This document shows, one piece after another, positions 8,867 through 17,320 of a stretch of DNA of 64,000 nt (the first letter of the stretch is position 1; every line of letters starts with the position of its first letter). The notes below the pieces were generated by a model. It was not told the DNA's origin, made no database searches, and worked only from the letters and a program-made list of their open reading frames with translations. This stretch comes from Phototrophicaceae bacterium. GTDB taxonomy: Bacteria > Chloroflexota > Anaerolineae > Aggregatilineales > Phototrophicaceae. The position numbers and the translations under genes were made by a program. The stretch is from contig OZ242327.1 in NCBI GenBank assembly GCA_965208235.1, forward strand, positions 780,526 to 844,525, written 5' to 3'.

Positions 8867-10471
8867 ATGCGTCGATTATGCACTGCCGCCTTGGCGATTT
8901 GCATCGCATTCAGTCTCGCCGGTTGCGGGGGCGGCGGAACCCGCGTACCCTGCGGTCAAGACAACGGCTGCGTCCGTTATGCCTTGACCGCGGATTTCCC
9001 AATCCTGGATCCGCATATCGCCGAGCTTCCCGAAGCCGGCATGATCTTCCGTCAGATCTATGACACGCTCGTATACCGCGATACCCGTACAAAAGAGTTT
9101 CTGCCCGGCTTGGCGCGATCTTGGGAAACATCGCCGGATGGCCTGGTCTATACGTTTCATTTACGCGACGATGTTCGCTTTCATGACGGTACACCCTTCT
9201 CTGCGGCCTCCGTGGCGGCCAATTTGGACAGGATTGTGGATCCTGCCACTGTGTCCCGCCGCGCTCGGAGCCTGCTTGGTCCCTTTAGCCACTATGAAAT
9301 CCTCGACCCGCGCAGGATTCGTCTGTACTTGCATTCGCCGTTCGCTCCATTGCTTGACAGCTTGGCTCAGCCTTTTCTGGGAATCGCAAGCGAAGCTGCG
9401 CTTGCTTCGTACGATAACTTGCGCTATCAGTTTCATCAGTCCGGTAGCGGGCCCTTCGTCCTGGAAAAGTACTTGCCCGGGGACCGCATCGTGTTGCGGC
9501 GCTTCGACCTCTACGCAACCAAAGCGGGAATCTATTCGTCTTTGAGCGGCGGAGAGGCGCAACGAGTTGAATTCTACATAGTGGAAGGACAAAACGCGAC
9601 TTCGCAACAAGTTTTGAGCGAGGCTTTTGACATCCTCGACGAAGTCCCGCCAAAGACAGCCACGAACCTCGCGGGCAACAGCCGAATCCAGGTATTGCCA
9701 ATTGAGATCCCCGGGCAGACGGTTCAGCTTCTGTTCAACACCAGGCGCGAGCACGTCAATGAGGCTGATGTCAGGAGGGCATTGCTTATCGCTACCAATC
9801 GCGTAGCGATAGCGAACAACATATATGCCAATTACTCGCCTGTGGCCTGGGCGCCCCTATCAATAGCAACAGGATATTCTCACACCGGTTTTGTCAACGA
9901 ACTGGCTTTTGATCTGGGATTTGCTCAAGAAATACTGGAGCAGAGCGGATATCAAGACTTGGATGAGGACGGCATCCTGGATCGTGATGGCCTGCCGCTT
10001 AGACTTTCAATTGTTATTCCGCCGTGGGGACAGTTGCCCGAAGTTGCCGAATTCATTCGGGAACAGTGGCGGCAAATCGGCGTGCAGCTTGAGATCGATT
10101 CTGTACCTGGTTTCGGACGGCTCGCCGAAAAAATCCAGGCGGGTGAAAACGACTTGGTCGCTATTGAAAGTTATGGCCTGGATCCCGCGATTCTGGGCAA
10201 TATTTTCTCTAACCAAGCGATCTACTCGGGTTCTAGAATGGAAGACGAAGCGCTTAACGGTCTGTTGCTGAAGGCGGTGGAAACACTGGATCCGTCTTCT
10301 AGGCGCAGCCAATACTATGAAATCCAAGCATACCTGATGGCAAATGCGCTAATCCTGCCTATCCGTGAGAATGTGCGGTTGCGTCTTGCGAGATCAAACG
10401 TGCGCGACCTGCGTTTCGACGCCTACGGTTTCTATCCGTTATTATTCAACGTGCGGCTGGGCGACAACTGA
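8867..10471 (+). CDS. ABC transporter substrate-binding lipoprotein, family 5 (peptide/nickel/oligosaccharide type)
   Basis: The track ORF starts at 8615, but the ATG at 8867 gives a lipoprotein signal MRRLCTAALAICIAFSLAGC (lipobox LAGC). The body is about 530 aa and typical of SBP_bac_5 (FRQIYDTLVYRD..., DVRFHDGTPF). Confidence 0.8.
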   Translation: MRRLCTAALAICIAFSLAGCGGGGTRVPCGQDNGCVRYALTADFPILDPHIAELPEAGMIFRQIYDTLVYRDTRTKEFLPGLARSWETSPDGLVYTFHLRDDVRFHDGTPFSAASVAANLDRIVDPATVSRRARSLLGPFSHYEILDPRRIRLYLHSPFAPLLDSLAQPFLGIASEAALASYDNLRYQFHQSGSGPFVLEKYLPGDRIVLRRFDLYATKAGIYSSLSGGEAQRVEFYIVEGQNATSQQVLSEAFDILDEVPPKTATNLAGNSRIQVLPIEIPGQTVQLLFNTRREHVNEADVRRALLIATNRVAIANNIYANYSPVAWAPLSIATGYSHTGFVNELAFDLGFAQEILEQSGYQDLDEDGILDRDGLPLRLSIVIPPWGQLPEVAEFIREQWRQIGVQLEIDSVPGFGRLAEKIQAGENDLVAIESYGLDPAILGNIFSNQAIYSGSRMEDEALNGLLLKAVETLDPSSRRSQYYEIQAYLMANALILPIRENVRLRLARSNVRDLRFDAYGFYPLLFNVRLGDN

Positions 10472-10472
10472 T

Positions 10473-11264
10473 TTACGGTCGCAGGGTGATTCTAGTGCCC
10501 GTCCGCTGGTCTCGATCCATCAAGTCTGTCAACACGTTCGGTCTGCGGCCGTTAGCAATGATGACTTCCAGGCTCGGAACCTCAGCAACCAAGTCCACCA
10601 TCTCTTCCACCTTCTGCAACATGCCGCCTGTGACGTCAATACCGGACGAGCCCCCCATGACAGATCTGATCGAATCGAAACTCGATGGTGTGACCGAGGG
10701 GATCACGCGTCCGCGGGCATCCAAAACGCCATCAACTTCGCCTAGCAGAATGATCCGCTTGACCGGGAACGATTTCGCCAGATGCGCAAATAGCCGCTCC
10801 GTTGAAATGATGGCGCCGCCAATTTGGCTGTCAAGCACGACATCGCCATGCACCAGTGGAACAAGGCCGGATTCCAATGCTTGCGCGATCAAGCTCGTTT
10901 GCATTGCGGTGATTTGCCCGTCAGCCGATTTGATGATGGACGATGGCTGAAAGCGCATCGCTGGCAAGCCTTGCTCCAACAATTCGAGCAAAACAAGGTG
11001 GCTTAGCGCCAGAGCCGCCTCAGCCACTTTGGTGAAACCGAGCCACTGTTCCGCTGAGTTTACGCCGGCCGCTGTTTGATGGATTTTCGCCGCAAAATGA
11101 CCAAATGAACCGCTGCCGTGTCCAATGACCAGTCGCAAGCCGGGCTCAGCTTCCCATACTGCCTTTATCTGGCTGGCGATTGTTCTTGCGGCCTCCTGGC
11201 GAAATGCCCGCGCTTTGCCCTTGTCGGTGATGAGCGAGCCGCCAAGCTTGATAAGAGTAGTCAT
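10473..11264 (-). CDS. Isopentenyl phosphate kinase (amino-acid-kinase fold)
   Basis: 263 aa. LIKLGGSLITDK, IGHGSGSFGH, QPSS, LVPLVHGDVV, IISTE, EVDGVL and IDVTGGM match, motif for motif, the archaeal IPK pattern (ILKLGGS, HGGGAFGH, QPSS, VPVIHGD, DVDGV, IDVTGGM). Confidence 0.88.
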   Translation of the reverse strand: MTTLIKLGGSLITDKGKARAFRQEAARTIASQIKAVWEAEPGLRLVIGHGSGSFGHFAAKIHQTAAGVNSAEQWLGFTKVAEAALALSHLVLLELLEQGLPAMRFQPSSIIKSADGQITAMQTSLIAQALESGLVPLVHGDVVLDSQIGGAIISTERLFAHLAKSFPVKRIILLGEVDGVLDARGRVIPSVTPSSFDSIRSVMGGSSGIDVTGGMLQKVEEMVDLVAEVPSLEVIIANGRRPNVLTDLMDRDQRTGTRITLRP

Positions 11265-11277
11265 GAGAAACCAAGTC

Positions 11278-12225
11278 TTAGTTCAATACAAAATCGACGA
11301 CGCTCACGGCGCCCGCCAGACTTAAGGCTCGCCTTACCGCCTGGACGGTTGATCCGTCCACCAAGGCGATCATGTTGCCGCCCATTCCGCCGCCGGAGAG
11401 TTTGGCGCCCATAGCTCCTGCGGCAATGCTGGCGTCAACAAGCTCGTCCAATTCCGGAGACGATATGCCAAGCTGACGAAGCAAACGATGGTTCTCGTTC
11501 ATTAAGGCGCCCAATCGTCCCTGCTCGCCGCACTCAAGCGCGTGTCGCGCATCGCTTACAACTTGGCCAATTCTCAGGAATAGCTCCTCAGTCTCCGATT
11601 GTCGTTCGTCGTAGCGCTGGCGGACGCGGCCAACCGCCTCGCGCGTCATCGCGGCGCGGCCTGTATCAGCGATCACAATGTGGCAGGGACGCTCGACAGT
11701 CAGCAGTTCAAGGTCTTTGCCTCGTTCAAAGTAGACTGGGCGTTCGTATACCACGACAGTATTGTCTATTCCACTCGGCGTACCGTGATGAATCTTCTCC
11801 ATTTCGAACACGAGTTGATTCAGGTCTTCATTCGGGATTCCCCGACCAAACAGCGCCGCCAAAGCGCGTATCGCTGCGGCAGATACGGCTGCGCCACTTC
11901 CCAACCCGCCTGCGAAAGGAATATCCGATCTAATGACCAGGTTGCCGGTCGGTTTCCTGACACCGAAATGGCCAGATGCAATCTGCAGCAACTGTTGCAT
12001 CGGTCGCGCGGAATCATCGGGTAAAGGCGCGTCCATTGCGACGCTCTTTTCGAGCTCGACAGACCGGATGCTGAGCATCGTATCAGAGGGCTGGGCGCAA
12101 GCATAAGCGCGCAAAGACTGTATCGGCGCGGCAATCGCCGGCATTCCATATACAACAGCATGTTCTCCCAAGAGAATGATCTTCGCCGGGGCGCTTGACT
12201 TGAACGGGTGTCTGTTACAAGGCAT
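11278..12225 (-). CDS. mvk: Mevalonate kinase (GHMP kinase)
   Basis: 315 aa with SAPAKIILLGEHAVVYG and the GHMP motif PFAGGLGSGAAVSAAAIRAL. Confidence 0.85.
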   Translation of the reverse strand: MPCNRHPFKSSAPAKIILLGEHAVVYGMPAIAAPIQSLRAYACAQPSDTMLSIRSVELEKSVAMDAPLPDDSARPMQQLLQIASGHFGVRKPTGNLVIRSDIPFAGGLGSGAAVSAAAIRALAALFGRGIPNEDLNQLVFEMEKIHHGTPSGIDNTVVVYERPVYFERGKDLELLTVERPCHIVIADTGRAAMTREAVGRVRQRYDERQSETEELFLRIGQVVSDARHALECGEQGRLGALMNENHRLLRQLGISSPELDELVDASIAAGAMGAKLSGGGMGGNMIALVDGSTVQAVRRALSLAGAVSVVDFVLN

Positions 12226-13096
12226 AGAGAATTATGAAATAGGCAATACCAGCCAACATGACCGTAATCTGGATCGGCCGGTCAGAGAGTAAAATTTCTT
12301 CAGGCGCGCTGGCGGTTTCTTCCACATGCAGCAAGTATAAGTAGCGCAACAAGCCATAAAGCACAAATGGAACCGTAATCAGCCCCCAGTTCGCTCCGTG
12401 CTTGGTCATCGTTTCCACTTCTATCGTATACAGAATATAGGTAATGAGCGTGGAAGTAGTAACGATCCTCAGCATATCGTCCAGCAGGGGAAGATTGTAT
12501 TGCCGGAATGTTAGGCGCGTGTCCTCGGCTTGATCGCCAAGCATAACGAGCTCTTGCCGACGCTTGCCAACCACCAGGAACATCGCGAGCAAGCCGGTAA
12601 AGGCATATAACCAGGGCGAAACTTCGACATCGATGACGACGCCGCCGACCATAACTCGAATGACAAAGCCCGCAGCTACGATGAGTACATCCAGCAAGGC
12701 GATGTGCTTCAGACGAAGCGAATACGCCAGCTGAATAAGCAGATATAAGGCAAGCAGAAGGAATAGCTCGAAGTCCAAGCTATAAGCGAGCCCCAAGCTG
12801 ACAAGGGCGAGTATGACTGACGCCAGCTTCGCGACCGCCGCAGAGAGCGCGCCAGAGGCGATTGGACGATGGCGTTTATTGGGGTGCGCCCGGTCCTGAT
12901 CCCGGTCCATCAGGTCGTTGATGATGTAGACACTGCCCGACGCAAGAACGAGCAATCCAGCGACCGCGATTACCCGAAGCAACAAATCGAATTCCAGCAG
13001 TTTGGCGTCGAAGACAATCGCGGGGAAAACGAAAAGAATGTTTTTTGTCCATTGCTGAGGGCGCATGGATCGGATTAGCGCGCGAACCGTACTCAA
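12215..13096 (-). CDS. UbiA-family prenyltransferase, decaprenyl-phosphate phosphoribosyltransferase (DPPR synthase)-like
   Basis: 293 aa starting at TTG. MRPQQWTKNILFVFPAIVF and YIINDLMDRDQDRAHPNKRHRPIASG (NDxxDxxxD plus the KRxRPxASG signature), with 8-9 TM segments. It overlaps the mvk start by 11 nt. Confidence 0.75.
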   Translation of the reverse strand: MSTVRALIRSMRPQQWTKNILFVFPAIVFDAKLLEFDLLLRVIAVAGLLVLASGSVYIINDLMDRDQDRAHPNKRHRPIASGALSAAVAKLASVILALVSLGLAYSLDFELFLLLALYLLIQLAYSLRLKHIALLDVLIVAAGFVIRVMVGGVVIDVEVSPWLYAFTGLLAMFLVVGKRRQELVMLGDQAEDTRLTFRQYNLPLLDDMLRIVTTSTLITYILYTIEVETMTKHGANWGLITVPFVLYGLLRYLYLLHVEETASAPEEILLSDRPIQITVMLAGIAYFIILYAL

Positions 13097-13205
13097 GCTG
13101 TGCCTCGCTGTGCTTAGACAGTAGACAGGTTTATTAGTTTAGTGTTATCGTCCAGCTTTGCCAGATGCATTTGCCACAGCACAGCTTGGTCCGCGAATTG
13201 GAATT

Positions 13206-14204
13206 ATGGTCACTGAATATACTGCAACGGCCAGGGCGCATTCAAATATCGCGTTTATCAAGTATTGGGGCAACAGGGAGCCCGGGATCCGGTTGCCGGC
13301 GAACTCGTCGCTCAGCATGAATCTTGCCGCATTGCATTCCACGACTCGGGTAACCTGGTCTGAGGCGCTGGCAGAAGACAGCTTGATGATTAACGAGCAG
13401 CCCGCGGCGCCGGCAGCGTTTCTTCGAGTTCGCGCGCATCTCGATACTTTGCGCGAAGAACTGGGATCAACCTTACACGCCGATGTAGCTTCGAAGAACA
13501 ACTTTCCCATGGGCGCTGGTATTGCGTCGTCCGCCTCTGCTTTTGCCGCGCTGACCGTAGCGGCAACAGTCGCGCTCGGCCTGCGGCTTCCCGAGCGTGA
13601 ATTGAGCGCCTTGGCGCGGCGCGGATCCGGCTCGGCAGCTCGCTCGATTCCCGCAGGTTTTGTTGAATGGCGCGCCGGCGGCGCGGACAAGGAATCCTAT
13701 GCGGAGACTATTGCAAGTCCGGATTATTGGCCGCTTGAAGACGTGATCGCGGTTATCAGCCCAGATCATAAACATGTCGGTTCAACAGCGGGTCATGCCA
13801 GTGCCAATACCAGTATCTTGCAAAGGGCGCGGGTCGAAAGCGCAGCCGACCGGCTCGAGAGCGCGAAACAGTCCGTTCTAGCGCGCGACTTTGAGGCTTT
13901 GGCGCCCGTAGTAGAAGAAGATAGCAATTTGATGCACGCTGTCATGATGACCAGCAAGCCTACGTTATTCTATTGGTTGCCGAAATCCCTGCGAATCATG
14001 CTCGCTGTTCAAGAGTGGCGGCATCAAGGTCTACAAGTGTGTTATACACTGGATGCCGGCCCAAATGTTCATTGCATTTGCAGCGCCGAGGACGCAGCCG
14101 CAGTCGCAGCCCGCCTGAAAGAACTTGATTCGGAAATCGAAGTCATTCGTTCATCCGTTGGCGGGGGCGCGCAGATATTGAACGTCAATGACCGGATGGG
14201 TTAG
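13206..14204 (+). CDS. Mevalonate (di)phosphate decarboxylase family (MVD/MPD, GHMP)
   Basis: The track ORF starts at TTG 13158. The ATG at 13206 gives MVTEYTATARAHSNIAFIKYWGNRE, the canonical MVD N-terminus. GHMP motif NFPMGAGIASSASAFAAL. Diphospho- versus monophospho-substrate cannot be told by eye. Confidence 0.85.
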   Translation: MVTEYTATARAHSNIAFIKYWGNREPGIRLPANSSLSMNLAALHSTTRVTWSEALAEDSLMINEQPAAPAAFLRVRAHLDTLREELGSTLHADVASKNNFPMGAGIASSASAFAALTVAATVALGLRLPERELSALARRGSGSAARSIPAGFVEWRAGGADKESYAETIASPDYWPLEDVIAVISPDHKHVGSTAGHASANTSILQRARVESAADRLESAKQSVLARDFEALAPVVEEDSNLMHAVMMTSKPTLFYWLPKSLRIMLAVQEWRHQGLQVCYTLDAGPNVHCICSAEDAAAVAARLKELDSEIEVIRSSVGGGAQILNVNDRMG

Positions 14205-14210
14205 TTTTGC

Positions 14211-14240
14211 TTGCGCTATTTCACGCCTAAGTCCTATAAT
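14211..14240 (+). promoter_or_regulatory. Candidate sigma-70-type promoter upstream of rseP
   Basis: TTGCGC (14211-14216), 18-nt spacer, TATAAT (14235-14240), 35 nt upstream of the rseP ATG. Confidence 0.3.
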
Positions 14241-14275
14241 GTAGATTAGTTGAAGCCAGAACAAGGTGACAATTC

Positions 14276-15778
14276 ATGATCTTCCCCGCTGCAGGTAACG
14301 ACATCATATTGGCGGTATTGGCCTTTGGAATCATCTTGATCCCCGCCATCATCATTCACGAATTGGGGCACTTCTTTGCCGCCAGGCTGGTCGGCATCAA
14401 TGTTTTGGAATTCGGTATTGGATTCCCGCCTCGTTTGGGAAAATTGTTTATGTGGGGCGAAACCGAATTCACCATCAACTTGCTTCCTATTGGCGGGTTT
14501 GTGCGTCCGCTGGGCGAGGATATGATCGGTCCGGTCGCCGACGACAAAGTGAAGCGGGATCGCGAAACCCTGGAAGAGCGGTTTGACCATTATGGCGGGC
14601 GCTTGACCGAGCGAGAACAATTGCGTTTGCGCGGCGTCAATGAACAGCGAATGATGTCGGTAAACGAGGCGCCGCCGCTAGCGCGCATATTCTTTATGGC
14701 AGCGGGCGCGCTTGCCAATTTCGCCACGGCCATGATCCTTTTCTTCATTGTCGCATTGATTGGCTTGCCGACTGAAGTTGGTGGTTTGGCGCAATTGGCG
14801 GCAATCCCGGATGGCTCGCTGTTTGCTGACAGTCCTGCAAAGGTCGGCGATGCTATTGAAATGGTAAATGGCCAGCGCTTTGATAATTTCGAAGCGTTTT
14901 ACGAGATCCTGGAATCGTATAATAAAGATACGATTACGTTTTCACTGCTGCGGCAAGAGACAGGCGAGCCGTACACGGTTACGCTCAAGCCGGGTTTCGA
15001 ACAGCGACGCGCGTTTGTACAGGTCGTTGGAGTGCAAGAGGAATCGCCCGCCTTCCAAGCGGGTATTCAACCAGGCGACCTGCTTACCCACATTAATTCA
15101 GCGCTGATTCCGGCGACAGGCGACGCAGTGGCAGTCCTCCGGGAAATAACGCGCGAATACGAAGGCCGCGTCATGAGTTTGACGTTCTTGCGCGACCTGG
15201 ATGATCGCGAGCGGAGTCAAGTAGAGATTCGAGTCGTACCTCGCGTCAACCCGCCAGCAGGCGAAGGCCGGCTCGGTGTCGCAATACGATCCCAGTTCGG
15301 TTTGCATGACGAGACGCGTTTCGCAAATGCCGGTTACAAGACGGAGTTGATTCCGCAAAGCATTTCGGCAGCTATTTCTCACAGCCTTCAAACGACCCGC
15401 ACTACCTTCAAGCTTATCGCTTCGATCCCGGGGGATCTCCTTGATGGATCACTGAGCGGCAGGGATGCGCGTCCAATTAGCATTATTGGCATTAGCAAGA
15501 TCGGCGGCGAATTTCTCCAGCGCAGCTTGGAAGAAGGTCCGGGGTTAATGCTCAATTTCATCGCGCTCATCAGTATATTCCTGGGAATCAGCAATCTGCT
15601 GCCGATACCGGCGCTGGATGGCGGCCGCATCGTATTTGTCTTGCTAGAGATACTGCGTGGCAAGCCAATCAATCCCAGGATTGAAGCGCGTATTCATCAG
15701 ATCGGGATCCTGCTTTTGCTGGTGCTGGGAGTGATCATCATGGTGATCGATCTGTTGGATCCGCCCAGCATAACTTAG
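14276..15778 (+). CDS. rseP: Site-2 (M50) intramembrane zinc metalloprotease RseP
   Basis: 500 aa with HELGHFFAARLVG (HExxH), a PDZ-like middle (GIQPGDLLTHIN) and the C-terminal NLLPIPALDGG motif. Confidence 0.88.
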   Translation: MIFPAAGNDIILAVLAFGIILIPAIIIHELGHFFAARLVGINVLEFGIGFPPRLGKLFMWGETEFTINLLPIGGFVRPLGEDMIGPVADDKVKRDRETLEERFDHYGGRLTEREQLRLRGVNEQRMMSVNEAPPLARIFFMAAGALANFATAMILFFIVALIGLPTEVGGLAQLAAIPDGSLFADSPAKVGDAIEMVNGQRFDNFEAFYEILESYNKDTITFSLLRQETGEPYTVTLKPGFEQRRAFVQVVGVQEESPAFQAGIQPGDLLTHINSALIPATGDAVAVLREITREYEGRVMSLTFLRDLDDRERSQVEIRVVPRVNPPAGEGRLGVAIRSQFGLHDETRFANAGYKTELIPQSISAAISHSLQTTRTTFKLIASIPGDLLDGSLSGRDARPISIIGISKIGGEFLQRSLEEGPGLMLNFIALISIFLGISNLLPIPALDGGRIVFVLLEILRGKPINPRIEARIHQIGILLLLVLGVIIMVIDLLDPPSIT

Positions 15779-15795
15779 CGCTGCGAGGCAGAGGA

Positions 15796-16788
15796 ATGAC
15801 CAAGTCGGAGATCGCGTTGGAAGAATCGGGCTTAAGAAAGCCTGAGTTGACTGAAGTTATCAAGGCATTGCAAAGCGAAGCCCGTTCGGATTCATCAACT
15901 CATTCGCCTGCGGTGATCTATGGATTATCCGATTTGTCCAAACTTGAATTGGATCGGTTGGTCCCAGTTTGGGCTGGCTTGCCCGCGACCTACAAGCACC
16001 GAATCCTCAAGCAATTGGTAGAGACCAGCGAAACGGTATTTGAATTGGATTTCGGCGCGTTTGCTCATATGAACCTGACCGACAAAAGCAGTCTGGTTCG
16101 GTCGGCGGCCATTGAGTTGCTTTGGTCCGATGAGTCCGTTGCGACAATGCGGAAGTTGATGGACCTGGCTCGCAGCGACAGGTCTGATGATGTGCGCGCC
16201 CAAGCGTTTTCGGGTTTAGGTCGGTTTATTCTTTTGGGAGAATACGGGGACATCCCGCCCAATGACGCGCGCGAGGCGCAGGAGTTGGCGCTCATTTCGG
16301 TCAAGGATCATCATGCGTCGATAGAGATCCGCTGCCGGGCGCTGGAGGCAATTGCCAATTCAAGCCATCCGGAAGCGGCGGCATTGATCCAAGAAGCCTA
16401 TGATGATGGCAATCACTTGCTGAAAGTGAGCGCGATTTATGCCATGGGCCGAACCTGCGACAAGCGGTGGCGCGATACCGTCCTCGAAGAATTAGAAAGC
16501 GGCGACAACCAGATCGTATACGAATCGGTTCAAGCCTGTGGCGCCTTGCAGCTGGAAGAAAGCGTTCGATTGATCGGGGACTTGGTCGCCGGCGACGACC
16601 GAGAGATTCAGTTAATGGCTATATGGGCTCTGGGAGAGATCGGTGGAAGAGGCGCATTCGAAATCTTATGCCATCTGGAGGAGACCCTTGAAGACCGGGA
16701 AATCCTGGCAGCCGTTGAAGACGCCGTCGACGCCGCAAGTTTCAGCCTGAGCATGTCAGCGCTGGACTTCGAGTTCGACCAGATCTAG
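15796..16788 (+). CDS. HEAT-repeat protein
   Basis: 330 aa with repeated helical units: SLVRSAAIELL, DDVRAQAFSGLGRF, IEIRCRALEAIANS, LLKVSAIYAMGR, EIQLMAIWALGEIG. Confidence 0.6.
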   Translation: MTKSEIALEESGLRKPELTEVIKALQSEARSDSSTHSPAVIYGLSDLSKLELDRLVPVWAGLPATYKHRILKQLVETSETVFELDFGAFAHMNLTDKSSLVRSAAIELLWSDESVATMRKLMDLARSDRSDDVRAQAFSGLGRFILLGEYGDIPPNDAREAQELALISVKDHHASIEIRCRALEAIANSSHPEAAALIQEAYDDGNHLLKVSAIYAMGRTCDKRWRDTVLEELESGDNQIVYESVQACGALQLEESVRLIGDLVAGDDREIQLMAIWALGEIGGRGAFEILCHLEETLEDREILAAVEDAVDAASFSLSMSALDFEFDQI

Positions 16789-16880
16789 GTTTATTATGTC
16801 GAACTTGAAACTCGCTGCGGCGCTCATCAAGCGGGTATGGCTCGCTCAGGGTCCTCGCAGCAGCTCAGACCGACAGCAGG

Positions 16881-17210
16881 TCATTGGGCAAATATCATTT
16901 GCAATTTCATCGCCAGGCTCATATCGCCAACAATCTTGAGCTTGCCGGTCATGAATGCCTGCATCGCATTCTGTTGGCCGGTGGAGACCGCGTACCAGTC
17001 GTCAGCGCTGGCTTTCAAGGTCATCGCCGGCTGGCTGATTTCGCCTTCGCCGTGTTCGATCGATCCACTGCTAATCTTGAGCCAAAACATGCCTCCATTG
17101 TCCCCGCTAAGATCAAAGAGGATGGTTGCATCTATGCCATCGGCCTTTTCCGGCCGGAATCGCTCAACCATGTTTGGAAATATGTTCTTGACTTCGTCGG
17201 CAGCAACCAT
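16881..17210 (-). CDS. SCP2 sterol/lipid-carrier domain protein
   Basis: The ATG at 17210 is preceded by GGAG (the track ORF extends to 17282). DATILFDLSGDNGGMFWLKI...LKASADDWYAVSTGQQNAMQAFMTGKLKIVGDMSLAMKLQ is a typical SCP2 pattern. Confidence 0.65.
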   Translation of the reverse strand: MVAADEVKNIFPNMVERFRPEKADGIDATILFDLSGDNGGMFWLKISSGSIEHGEGEISQPAMTLKASADDWYAVSTGQQNAMQAFMTGKLKIVGDMSLAMKLQMIFAQ

Positions 17211-17320
17211 AAGAAACTCCTTGGACTCGTTTCGCGTATTGCAATCCTGGATTAGTATACATTTGTTGCCGCAACCGCCCAAGAGCAGCTTAGACTAACC
17301 GTATCAGACGAACATAAGCA

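Noticed and set aside
13145-13690. 181-aa minus-strand ORF opposite the decarboxylase gene
   Set aside because: It is an Ala/Arg-rich antisense shadow of a well-supported GHMP decarboxylase gene.
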